64,000 nucleotides of DNA from Verrucomicrobiota bacterium (GCA_047947115.1 CP170459.1:4032001-4096000), one strand, 5' to 3'; counted from the stretch's first letter, positions 1-9,056 are shown. Notes: generated by a model not told the origin, from the letters alone. A program made the numbers and translations.

Positions 1-74
1 ATCACACGCTTCAGATTTCCGTCGATGTGATGGCGGACGGTGAGCTGCAGGAATATGCCGCCAACCCAATTTAA
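1..74 (+). CDS. 3' end of a CDS entering from the left edge (…HTLQISVDVMADGELQEYAANPI*), product unknown
   Basis: Open frame from nt 3 to TAA at 72-74; overlaps the convergent minus-strand stop. Confidence 0.5.
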   Translation, partial: HTLQISVDVMADGELQEYAANPI

Positions 75-355
75 TGGTGTGTCAGTAAATCGATACGATG
101 CGGTTCTCTTCCAAGTTGGATCACCTGGTTTGGTTCCTGAAAGTCCAGTGCAGAAAGCCCCAAGGACGAAACCCCGAATTCCTCCAGCACATTGACAATT
201 TCTTCCGCGTTTTCAGGAGATGGATGAATGAAAAAATAGATATCCGTCTTGTAATCACAAGACCATGCCAGGGCTTGCGCGCCCACGATGAGGAACTCAA
301 CTTTGTGAGAGTTCAACAATGTGATTAACTCTTTCAAGTCCTGGTAGAGTTTCAC
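71..355 (-). pseudogene. Truncated nucleotidyltransferase (MNT/DUF6036-like) remnant
   Basis: GTG at 355 gives KLYQDLKELITLLNSHKVEFLIVG…HPSPENAE…QLGREPHRIDLLT. The RxTxDxD motif is degenerate (YKTDIY) and the ORF stops right after RIDLLT. Confidence 0.6.
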
Positions 356-480
356 TTTCGCTTGCATTCCCAAAATGCAGTTAACTCAAGCAGAATATCC
401 ATTCGTTGAACAGGAGTAAGGCTGCGAAAACAGGCGTTATCAGCTTCTTCAGCTCCCCGATTCAACAGATACCTGGCCAA
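352..480 (-). pseudogene. Small partner-gene remnant upstream of the nucleotidyltransferase
   Basis: Manual translation LARYLLNRGAEEADNACFRSLTPVQRMDILLELTAFWECKRK*; GTGA stop/start overlap with the downstream gene. Confidence 0.4.
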
Positions 481-575
481 CGCGCCTTTCCTTTGCGGAG
501 CGCATGGATATGATTGTGAAACAAAGGCGTTAAACAGCGCTGTGTTCCTTTGGCATGGGGTTCAAATGTTTAGGA

Positions 576-604
576 TTGCGCCTTTAAGTCAGGGGTTTTA
601 GTCT
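576..604 (+). promoter_or_regulatory. Putative sigma70 promoter for the cytochrome-porin operon
   Basis: TTGCGC-17 bp-TAGTCT upstream of ATG 629. Confidence 0.4.
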
Positions 605-628
605 CCGACGTTCATCAGAAATGACGCC

Positions 629-1435
629 ATGAGGTTTTTAAAATTAAATCCATTGTTGGGTGGGCTTTGTGTGGCCTCCCTGGTGGTTTGGGCTGGTTTC
701 GGCGGGACATCCTGCGGTACCACTCATCAAAGGGCGGTGGTTCGGCTTCCCCAGATCGAGGGGGCCGCTTTTGTCGGGAATGCCGCTTGTTCGGATTGTC
801 ATACGAATATCGTGGAGACGTTTCCCGCGAGTCCGCATGCGCGGTTCCACCTCGCTGAAGCAAATCATTCCGGGGAGTCCGGATGCGAGTCCTGTCATGG
901 GGCCGGCAGTCTTCATGTCAAGGCCGGTGGAGGTAAAGGGGTGTTTATTCATAATCCGGGGAACAGTCCGGATTCCTGCCTGGAGTGTCATCGGGAAATT
1001 CATGCAAAATTCAGTCTACCGAATCGACATCCGGTGATGGAGGGGCAATTGAATTGTGTCGATTGCCATGATCCACACGGACGCGACATCTTCAAACCGT
1101 CCTCCTCAAATGGTCTTGCATTTGCCCGCTTGAATCAAAATTGTTCGGAATGCCACCAGGAGCAGGCCCGCAATTTTGTGTTCGAACATGAGGCCATGCG
1201 GGAGGGGTGCACTGAATGTCATGACCCCCATGGTTCGGTGAATCCAAAGATGCTGGTTCAGCGTGATTCCAATCTTTGCTTGAAGTGTCATGCCCAGACT
1301 CAATTCGCCGGTTCCGGGGATATTTTCATCGGCAAGGAACCGCATGGTTTCAATATGCAGGCGGGCGGTTGCTGGACCGCTGGTTGTCACACACAGGTCC
1401 ATGGGTCCATGGTCGATCCCAAATTAAGATTTTAA
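629..1435 (+). CDS. MtrA/DmsE-like multiheme c-type cytochrome (7 CxxCH + 1 CX4CH)
   Basis: CSDCH, CESCH, CLECH, CVDCH, CSECH, CTECH, CLKCH and terminal CWTAGCH; CHGxGSxH, CHDPHG and F-EH motifs and VHGS end are typical of the MtrA/DmsE family; N-terminal signal peptide. Confidence 0.9.
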   Translation: MRFLKLNPLLGGLCVASLVVWAGFGGTSCGTTHQRAVVRLPQIEGAAFVGNAACSDCHTNIVETFPASPHARFHLAEANHSGESGCESCHGAGSLHVKAGGGKGVFIHNPGNSPDSCLECHREIHAKFSLPNRHPVMEGQLNCVDCHDPHGRDIFKPSSSNGLAFARLNQNCSECHQEQARNFVFEHEAMREGCTECHDPHGSVNPKMLVQRDSNLCLKCHAQTQFAGSGDIFIGKEPHGFNMQAGGCWTAGCHTQVHGSMVDPKLRF

Positions 1436-1451
1436 CCTCAGGAGCCCCCTT

Positions 1452-3845
1452 ATGAGATACCATCAACAATCCTTTCTTATGCGCTCCATTCGACGAACCT
1501 TCGGTTGGCAACTAGCCGCTATGATGCTGGGTGGTGCCGGTTTCACCTTGGGATATGGACAAGAATTGCCACCTCCGGCGGATCGCAAGGTTGACTTCAC
1601 AACCGATATTCTTCCGATCCTCAAGGAAGCCTGCTTTCAATGTCATGGACCGGAAGAAGCCAAAGGCGATTTCCGAATGACGACCCGGGAAAACCTGCTG
1701 AAAGAAGGCGATTACGGTGTCAATGTGATCCCTGGCAACAGCGCTGAAAGTCCACTGATCCAGTTCGTCGCTCATCTGGAGGAAGATTCGGAAATGCCCC
1801 CGATCGGCAAGGGAGACAAATTATCCGATGAAAAAATCGGCTTGTTGAGGGCATGGATTGATCAGGGCGTGGCATTTGAAGAGATATCGGAGGAATCGTT
1901 TTACTTCCGGGTCACTCCTGAGTTTCGATTCATTGGAGTGGATGGAAACAAGTCCGCTTTTCGTGAGCATAATTGGATGCGAGATGGAGTGAATGGTGGT
2001 TTACATGATTTTGAATGGAAACAAACCATGGAGGGCGGGAAAACCTTCAGCGGTTCCGGACGTGTGATGGCCCCTTATGATCAGTACGCCATCGAAGCGG
2101 AAATCACGCAGCGGGATTTGGGGTTCTTCCGTTTTGGTTTGAACCAGTCACGATCATATGACGATCCTTATGGCGGTTACTCCCCTGCTTTCGGTCTGGG
2201 CCCCTGGGCGGTAGGGCGTGATCTGCATACTGATTTTTCCAACGCTTGGTTCGAATTGGGATTGGATCGTCCCGACACGCCAAAATTTACATTCGGATAC
2301 GAATACCGGGCACGAGACGGTGCCAAGTCCATGTTGCAATGGGGGCCGGCTTTTGATGCGGCTTTCAACGGCCATAATGTTTATCCCGCCTGGAAGCGAT
2401 TGGATCAGGAAACTCATATCATCACACTGAACGTGGAGCACACGTGGAACGGGTTTCGGATCGAAGACAATTTAAGAGGAGAGTTCTATCAACAGAACAA
2501 CACTCTGTACACGGGAGATTTCATCAATGCTGGAGATGCCCTTCCGGCGACGGTTTCGACTGAAAATGATGATTACGATCATTTCCAGGGCTCGAATGCG
2601 CTTACCGTGGAAAAACGGTTCAAACCGTGGTGGCTTGCCAGTGGCGGTTACTATTATTCTCACCTGAGTGGCGATGCCAAATTGTCACTGGGCAACTTTG
2701 ATCCGAGCAATCCTGCTGCGGCTGGCCTGCCCTTTGATTCACGCGGCATTCAACTCAGTTCCGAGTCGCACATCGTCAATATCAACAGTCTGCTTGGCCC
2801 CTGGAAACAGTGGACGGCCTATGGTGGGGTCCAGACGGAATGGACCCGCCGTAAGGGTACCGGAAACACCACCTTTTTCGGTGTCCCAACCACACTTGGC
2901 ACCAACACGGATCGTTTTCAAATCGAAGAGAATTTCGGCATTCGAAACACCAGCCTTCCCAACACCATCATTTACACCGATGTGAGGCTTCAGCAGGAAT
3001 CCATAGGGCAATCGGAGAGCGGACTCCTGAACGACGGTTTCGATGCGCAAGATGATTTCATGCGCGACACCGATGCCACCGGACGACATGCCCGATGGGA
3101 TCTTGGAACCACCCTGTCCCCTTGGGACAACTGGACGTTTCAACCGAACTACGGATACAAGCGCCGACATCATGACTTCAAGCATCTGCTGGACACGGAC
3201 CGCGGTCCGGAGCCGGGCAACGGCTATCCAGCTGCTTTGCGAGAACGTGAAACCGAAGGGCAGGATTGGGGAATGACTGTGGGATGGAAGCCGGTTCGTT
3301 GGTTAAAGACTTCGCTGGCCTACGAAGGTGAGCAAGCCGATTATCGCACCGACATCAATGCGCTGACGCTGTTCGGAGTTGCCTACCCCGCTGGATCGAC
3401 TTTGGCAGGGAACTATGACAGTCACACCTATCGATTCACCACGACACTGAGTCCGGCTCAACGTTGGTATTGGACCGGCAGCACGAGCTACACGGACATG
3501 CGCATCGTTTCGAGCATGAACGACAACACCTCGATTGCTCCTTATGACGGTGAATTGTTGAGTCTGTTCACATCATGGACATTTCTCTACAGCCCAAGCA
3601 CGACGCTCCAATCCAGCTACACCTTCAATCACGCGAACTACGGCCAGACTTTGCCCCTCGGATTGCCGATGGGCTCCGAATTCGATCAACATGCCTGGCG
3701 ATGCGATGTGCGCAAAAAGCTTGGAGAATCCGATTCGCTTGGGATTCAATACGCCTATTTCCGTTATCGCGATGACCTCGCCGCAGGTTTTCTGGACTAC
3801 GACGCGCATGGCATTTTTATCACCTGGAGCCGAATCTTCCAGTAA
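1452..3845 (+). CDS. Outer-membrane beta-barrel (MtrB/PioB-like) with an N-terminal planctomycete-type cytochrome c domain
   Basis: Signal peptide; VDFTTDILPILKEACFQCHG…MPP…LRAWIDQG heme domain; then ~650 aa of aromatic-rich amphipathic beta-strands (G-NKSAFREH near the barrel start) ending ITWSRIFQ; 16 bp downstream of the multiheme cytochrome. Confidence 0.75.
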   Translation: MRYHQQSFLMRSIRRTFGWQLAAMMLGGAGFTLGYGQELPPPADRKVDFTTDILPILKEACFQCHGPEEAKGDFRMTTRENLLKEGDYGVNVIPGNSAESPLIQFVAHLEEDSEMPPIGKGDKLSDEKIGLLRAWIDQGVAFEEISEESFYFRVTPEFRFIGVDGNKSAFREHNWMRDGVNGGLHDFEWKQTMEGGKTFSGSGRVMAPYDQYAIEAEITQRDLGFFRFGLNQSRSYDDPYGGYSPAFGLGPWAVGRDLHTDFSNAWFELGLDRPDTPKFTFGYEYRARDGAKSMLQWGPAFDAAFNGHNVYPAWKRLDQETHIITLNVEHTWNGFRIEDNLRGEFYQQNNTLYTGDFINAGDALPATVSTENDDYDHFQGSNALTVEKRFKPWWLASGGYYYSHLSGDAKLSLGNFDPSNPAAAGLPFDSRGIQLSSESHIVNINSLLGPWKQWTAYGGVQTEWTRRKGTGNTTFFGVPTTLGTNTDRFQIEENFGIRNTSLPNTIIYTDVRLQQESIGQSESGLLNDGFDAQDDFMRDTDATGRHARWDLGTTLSPWDNWTFQPNYGYKRRHHDFKHLLDTDRGPEPGNGYPAALRERETEGQDWGMTVGWKPVRWLKTSLAYEGEQADYRTDINALTLFGVAYPAGSTLAGNYDSHTYRFTTTLSPAQRWYWTGSTSYTDMRIVSSMNDNTSIAPYDGELLSLFTSWTFLYSPSTTLQSSYTFNHANYGQTLPLGLPMGSEFDQHAWRCDVRKKLGESDSLGIQYAYFRYRDDLAAGFLDYDAHGIFITWSRIFQ

Positions 3846-3864
3846 ACCACAACCTACTTGACCG

Positions 3865-4872
3865 ATGAATCCAACCAAACCTTTCAAAATGGCCCTTTTC
3901 GGACTGGGGCGAGCGGGGCGTTTCCATTTGCAGAGCATTCGACAGTTGCCACAAATCCAATTGGCTCATGTGGTGGATATCGATGAAGACCGGGCTCGTG
4001 AGACCGGAGTTGCGTTTGGCTGTCCTCATGCGACCAGCATCGAACCTGCCTTGTCTGACGTCTCGATTGATGCGGTGATCATAGCGACGCCTACCGGAGA
4101 TCATTACAGTCAAATCATGGCGGCATTGAAGGCTGGTAAATCGGTTTTCACCGAAAAGCCCCTGGGTAATGGTCTTTCAGACATAACGGATTGCTATGAA
4201 GCGGCGCGCGCTGCCAATCGATCCCTGTTTGTGGGCTTCAATCGAAGATTTGATCCTTCCTTCTCCGCACTCGCACGCCAAGTGAGCCAAGGCGATATCG
4301 GCGTCCCACAGCTGATGCGATTGACATCCAGGGACTCGCCCTTGCCAACCATGGATTACATCCGAACGTCACATGGGATATTTCATGATTGTATTGTGCA
4401 TGATTTGGACATGCTGCGATTCATCACAGGGCAGGATCCGGTGGAAGTTTACGCCATCGGGAGCAATTTTGTGGACGGGATACGAGAACTCAACGATCTG
4501 GATAACGTCCTTGTCAGTCTGAAATATGCCAGCGGTCTGTTGGCCAGCATCGATGTGAACCGATTTGCCTCCTACGGATACGATCAACGAATTGAGGCGT
4601 TTGGCAGCAAGGGCATGTTGCAGGCGGAGAATCGATCGCCACGATCCACCGTCCATTCATCCGCTGAGGGTGTCACGCGACCGACCATTGAACATTCTTT
4701 TCCCACAAGGTATCGGGAAGCTTATGTCGAGGAATTGCGTGTCTTTCAAGATTGTGTGACGCATGGCAAGGAACTGCCCATTTCTGAGGAAGATGTCGTG
4801 ATGAGTCACAGGCTTTGTGACATGGCCGAGCAATCGTTTAAAGAAGGCCAGCCTGTTCAGGTGAAACCTTAA
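3865..4872 (+). CDS. iolG: Gfo/Idh/MocA oxidoreductase, myo-inositol 2-dehydrogenase-like
   Basis: GLGRAG Rossmann motif, EKP, GFNRRFD, DCIVHD, YGYDQRIE motifs. Confidence 0.75.
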   Translation: MNPTKPFKMALFGLGRAGRFHLQSIRQLPQIQLAHVVDIDEDRARETGVAFGCPHATSIEPALSDVSIDAVIIATPTGDHYSQIMAALKAGKSVFTEKPLGNGLSDITDCYEAARAANRSLFVGFNRRFDPSFSALARQVSQGDIGVPQLMRLTSRDSPLPTMDYIRTSHGIFHDCIVHDLDMLRFITGQDPVEVYAIGSNFVDGIRELNDLDNVLVSLKYASGLLASIDVNRFASYGYDQRIEAFGSKGMLQAENRSPRSTVHSSAEGVTRPTIEHSFPTRYREAYVEELRVFQDCVTHGKELPISEEDVVMSHRLCDMAEQSFKEGQPVQVKP

Positions 4873-4889
4873 TCCTGTTCCCTTTTCGC

Positions 4890-4918
4890 TTTACCGCTCC
4901 AAAGCCCGGCGTTAAGGT
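4890..4918 (+). promoter_or_regulatory. Putative sigma70 promoter (leaderless spacing)
   Basis: TTTACC-17 bp-TAAGGT, 7 nt before ATG 4926. Confidence 0.4.
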
Positions 4919-4925
4919 CCGCGCC

Positions 4926-5768
4926 ATGTCGCAGGGAATGGCTCCGAAACAGGATCCAAGCCGGAAATTCGCTCCTGATGCCTCATCACACTCGCTGGAG
5001 GTTTCGGACCGGAGTGTTGTGCCCTGGTCCGGATTGACAGCGGGGCAGGTCTGGTCCGCCCCCATGCCATTGAACCGTCAGACTCCGACAAAATGGCTCA
5101 GCAAAGCTTCTCTTTCACTGGTATCCAGCAAAATAGTATCGGTCAAAGGAGTGGAAAACATTGATCCCTCACTCGACCCCTTCATCATAGCTCTCAATCA
5201 TAGCCAAAAACTGGAAGCCATTTACATCCCTGCCCTGCTCCATTTTCTTCGCAAAGGTAGGTTGATCCACTTTTTGGCAGACTGGAATTTTTGTCTGGTT
5301 CCAGGAATTTGGCTGTTTTATCATTTCGGCGAAGTCATCACTGTGGCCCGCAAACCAGCCAGGCCCCGGTTTTTAAACGTGTTCAAACCATTGTTCATCA
5401 AAGGTCAAGGCCCGTTCGATCAGGCCATTGAAGCCCTTCAATCCGGACGCTCAATCGGCATTTTTCCGGAAGGCACGACCAACCGCAGCCCGGATACCTT
5501 GTTAAAGGGATATTCCGGTGCGGCACAGTTGTCTTTGAGTTTGGGGATCCCGGTGGTGCCGGCAGGCATCTCATTCCCTCAGCACGACAAACAACGCCCC
5601 ATCCCCGAAGGAATCCCCTTTTCGGTGGAGTTTGGCAAACCATTGGTTCCTGACACGAATGAAGGGAAACCTTCTTTGAAGAAGGTACGTGACTGGCACG
5701 TCGAAATTATGTCATCAATCTCCCGGTTATCTGGAAAGACCTGGAATCGTCATCAACGCAAAAAATGA
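4926..5768 (+). CDS. PlsC/lysophospholipid acyltransferase family protein (HX4E variant)
   Basis: NHSQKLE (motif I), GIFPEGT (motif III), IPVVP (motif IV). Confidence 0.85.
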   Translation: MSQGMAPKQDPSRKFAPDASSHSLEVSDRSVVPWSGLTAGQVWSAPMPLNRQTPTKWLSKASLSLVSSKIVSVKGVENIDPSLDPFIIALNHSQKLEAIYIPALLHFLRKGRLIHFLADWNFCLVPGIWLFYHFGEVITVARKPARPRFLNVFKPLFIKGQGPFDQAIEALQSGRSIGIFPEGTTNRSPDTLLKGYSGAAQLSLSLGIPVVPAGISFPQHDKQRPIPEGIPFSVEFGKPLVPDTNEGKPSLKKVRDWHVEIMSSISRLSGKTWNRHQRKK

Positions 5769-6433
5769 GTTTATCGCTTTCAAACAAAGTCAACGTGATC
5801 AAGGTCCAAAACGCCGAGGACCGGGACAGAGCCGTCCAGGTGCTGAAGAGCACTTACGATCAGGAAAAGCAATGGATCTATGACGCCGACAAATTCTTCC
5901 CCGTCGAAGACCTGGAGCGAGATGATATTTCCTGGTTCGTCAGCCAGGTGGAAGACTTGCCAGTCGGGGTGCTGAGGGTCATGTACAATCCACCTCTGGA
6001 ACTTTATAAAGAATACGGATTCCAAAAGCTGGAAAGCGGTTTGGATGTGGAAGAATTCGTCAAAAACAACCGGATCGCGGAAATCGGACGTTTTGCCGTC
6101 CTTCCGGAATACCGTCGTTACATCGTCGTGGTGGCGGCCTTAATGCGGGCAGCCAGCCAGGAGACGGTGGAACGGGATTACTCCCACTACGTGACCGATA
6201 TTTTTGAGGGTGAAAAACACAGTCCCTATGAGTTCCACACCCGCGTGATGGGATTCAAGCCGGTTGCTACACATGATGTGGGCGAATTGAATTGCCCCAA
6301 CAGACGCATCACCATGGTCCTGGACATTCGGGAAGCATATAACCGCATCAGGTCCAAACAAAAATGGATCTTTCGCTTCCTCACCAAAGGTTGGGGTGAG
6401 GATCTGCATGCAAAGCTGCTGGACAAAGATTAG
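5765..6433 (+). CDS. GNAT-fold N-acyltransferase (FeeM/LuxI/OlsB-like)
   Basis: VGVLRV and AEIGRFAVLPEYR motifs; ATGA overlap with the upstream acyltransferase. Confidence 0.7.
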   Translation: MSLSLSNKVNVIKVQNAEDRDRAVQVLKSTYDQEKQWIYDADKFFPVEDLERDDISWFVSQVEDLPVGVLRVMYNPPLELYKEYGFQKLESGLDVEEFVKNNRIAEIGRFAVLPEYRRYIVVVAALMRAASQETVERDYSHYVTDIFEGEKHSPYEFHTRVMGFKPVATHDVGELNCPNRRITMVLDIREAYNRIRSKQKWIFRFLTKGWGEDLHAKLLDKD

Positions 6434-7503
6434 CGTCCGAACTGCAGGGAAACGGGTTTACCTCGAACCTTCAGTTGACTTCTCAATATAAACCCGTTGG
6501 GAGTTTTTGAGTAGGCAAAGGAACTCTCACTGTGCGGGTCTTTGATGACGTCCAGAGCATCTTCCCCCTTCAGCAAGACCTGCACACCTGCCACCAGCAG
6601 TTGATGGTTTATGTCGAGTAGTTGCATTTGATTCCGCATATTGCTGAGCATGGGTAGCGTGTGGTTCACTAATGGATCACTGGCGTATTTTTTGGAGATC
6701 ATTTCCTCCTGCTTTGCTTGATCTTCCATGGGAAGTTTCATGAGATCGGCCCAGTCTTCGTAACAATTCTGAATGGCCTGAGTGGTTTTCTCAGGGTAGA
6801 TTTCTTTCTGTTGATGCATCAGTTTTGTGACATAAGCCCGTTCATTGAGGAACACTTCTGAGGGAGTTGAGCCACCTGGTAACTGGCTCAATTTTTTGGA
6901 AAAATCCTGAAGCGCGGAAGCAGGCATCCCTGGCATCGTTCGGGCTATGGCTCGTGTGGCTATTTGATTGATCGCTATTTCGACCAATTTAGTGATCGCA
7001 ACTGCTTTTTGTCCGATATGATTCGACATCGCCAAGCAAGTTAACAAATCGTCCATAGCCTGCTCGGTATTGCCTTTTTCAAGTTCCAGTCTGGATTGAA
7101 GCGTCATCAGAGTGATGATATTGTGTGAAGATAATTTGATTTCGCTGAGTTTCTTGGGATCCGGATCCAGTTCACCGGCCACATTCCCCTCCCTCATCCG
7201 GCTCGCTTGGCGCACCAAGCCGACAGCCTTTTTCTGATCGCCGACAAATCGCTTTAATTCCTCGTCCAATGGCACTGTTGCATACCATGTGTTGTCAGAT
7301 TTGGGCTCATACCGCTCGGCAAGAGCGGCCAATCCAGCGGCAATGAGTTCTTGATTGGCTTGTTGATATAGAGACGTTGCAGAGGAGTTTTCCTGACTCG
7401 ATGCCTGTGGCGCGAGGATTGTCAAGGAAACCAGCAAGCAAAGTGTTTGGCCGTTTGAAGAAATGATGCGTTTGAGCCACTTGAAAGGGGGGAGTTTTAT
7501 CAT
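6430..7503 (-). CDS. Secreted hypothetical alpha-helical protein
   Basis: 357-aa ORF with signal peptide (…LAPQASS); no recognised motif. Confidence 0.7.
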   Translation of the reverse strand: MIKLPPFKWLKRIISSNGQTLCLLVSLTILAPQASSQENSSATSLYQQANQELIAAGLAALAERYEPKSDNTWYATVPLDEELKRFVGDQKKAVGLVRQASRMREGNVAGELDPDPKKLSEIKLSSHNIITLMTLQSRLELEKGNTEQAMDDLLTCLAMSNHIGQKAVAITKLVEIAINQIATRAIARTMPGMPASALQDFSKKLSQLPGGSTPSEVFLNERAYVTKLMHQQKEIYPEKTTQAIQNCYEDWADLMKLPMEDQAKQEEMISKKYASDPLVNHTLPMLSNMRNQMQLLDINHQLLVAGVQVLLKGEDALDVIKDPHSESSFAYSKTPNGFILRSQLKVRGKPVSLQFGR

Positions 7504-7587
7504 CTTGTTTGTTTAAAATTGAAATTGAAAAGAATCCATTACAAATTCCTTGTAAATTCGTAGTTCATTTGAACAACACCGCGCAAT

Positions 7588-9021
7588 TCAGCGATTTAGC
7601 CAGCCTCCCCTAAAACCCGCTCGTTCCAATCCTTTCCGAATGTAAGCGCTGCGTTTCATAATCTCCCACACGAAACCGGATCGATGGTTTTCGATCATCA
7701 ACAGAACAGGCCCCTGATCGATGCCCAGATGTTCCCCATCAAACCAGCCTTTGCCTTCGACCAGTTGGCCATGTCTCAGCGGCACCGTTTTGAATTGGAA
7801 AGAGGGGTTGAAGGCATCCACAAATCCATATTTGTTGTATAAAGGATTACCATAGCGCTGGATCATGTTGCTCAAGCATGGAATGACAATTTCAGGAGCG
7901 AAAGCCACACTCGAGGCGGCTGCAGTGGGAGCGAGTGTCCCGTCATCCCGAATGCTGACCGCGGATGCCCCTCGGGCAGTATAGATCCAGAAACGGCGTT
8001 TTTCACCATTGAATTCCATTTCAATATTCACCGGCCCATCACAGGCAGTCAGTCCCCAGACATTTTCGCCATAATCGGCCCACTGCATGGGATTATCCAT
8101 GGCATAGGCGCGTTGGGCATAGGTCGCACGTCTTGAATTCTCAAACCAATCAATCCCCTGCCCTTTTATGTAATCATCTTGAATGCCGCTAAAATCAATC
8201 CATATGTGTGAATACTGGTGTCCAAACAAAGGGGTGAAATTGACGTGCGGCTGCCCGTAGAAAGTGTTCCATTGGCAGGTTTTTACAAAGGAATGCCAGG
8301 AGTCTTCTCTTGCCGGGTGGGTTGGACTGCCCAAGGCCAGGATGTACAGCAGCATGGCTTCGTTGTAGCCGTTGTAATCATGAGACAGCATACCTGATTC
8401 AGGTTTCCATCCATGGGAAATGAGACCGCCTCTGACCTGCGCCCAGTCCCATTCCACGCGTCGATAGAGAAAGTCCGCCAACTCACGGATGCGGGATTCA
8501 AGTTCTGTGTCCCTGTCATAGTATTCGAGACAGAACAGCATTCCCCCCATCAAAAGCGCGGTATCGATGGTGGAGAGCTCCACCTGACGGAAACGTTGGC
8601 CTGTATTTGGGTCGAGAAAATGATAATAAAATCCTTTGTAGCCAGACGTGTTTTCTGCTGATTCCGATTGTGTTGAATTTTTGAAAAACTCCAAAGTTGC
8701 GAGAGTTTTGCTGACCGCATCATTTCGTTTCAAGAACCCCCGTTCGACGGCCACAGGGAAGGCAGTCAAAGCAAAACCGACCGCTGCAATGCTGGCAAAA
8801 GCGTCCTCTTTGGGGGCACGGTCAAGAGTCAATCCGTTCCGATCATTGGAAAACTCCCAGAACCACGCAAACGTTCTCTTTTGGATATCATTCAACAATG
8901 CCTCCGTGTTGTTCATGGGCTCCAGCAATTGTGCTTTCAAGGCTCCATGCGCACCATCAAACAAGAGCAAGACCGCCAGGACGGTGCTCCTGAGGCGGAG
9001 TAAAACTAAGGAAGTCGGCAT
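7588..9021 (-). CDS. Glucoamylase-like / GH144-type beta-1,2-glucanase
   Basis: SIAAVGF, GFYYHF, ELSTIDTA, YNEA, LFGHQYSH, WGLTA, LGIDQG and IEN motifs; signal peptide. Confidence 0.85.
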   Translation of the reverse strand: MPTSLVLLRLRSTVLAVLLLFDGAHGALKAQLLEPMNNTEALLNDIQKRTFAWFWEFSNDRNGLTLDRAPKEDAFASIAAVGFALTAFPVAVERGFLKRNDAVSKTLATLEFFKNSTQSESAENTSGYKGFYYHFLDPNTGQRFRQVELSTIDTALLMGGMLFCLEYYDRDTELESRIRELADFLYRRVEWDWAQVRGGLISHGWKPESGMLSHDYNGYNEAMLLYILALGSPTHPAREDSWHSFVKTCQWNTFYGQPHVNFTPLFGHQYSHIWIDFSGIQDDYIKGQGIDWFENSRRATYAQRAYAMDNPMQWADYGENVWGLTACDGPVNIEMEFNGEKRRFWIYTARGASAVSIRDDGTLAPTAAASSVAFAPEIVIPCLSNMIQRYGNPLYNKYGFVDAFNPSFQFKTVPLRHGQLVEGKGWFDGEHLGIDQGPVLLMIENHRSGFVWEIMKRSAYIRKGLERAGFRGGWLNR

Positions 9022-9027
9022 GGACGA

Positions 9028-9056
9028 AGACTAGGCAAATGCCTCGGACCATTCAA
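9028..9056 (-). promoter_or_regulatory. Putative sigma70 promoter (leaderless spacing)
   Basis: Minus strand TTGAAT-17 bp-TAGTCT, 6 nt before ATG 9021. Confidence 0.5.

Noticed and set aside
5765..6433. GNAT as a LuxI quorum-sensing synthase
   Set aside because: Lacks the LuxI N-terminal R..VF...LGW and E-D-xD motifs and has no adjacent luxR; coupling to an O-acyltransferase favours lipid synthesis
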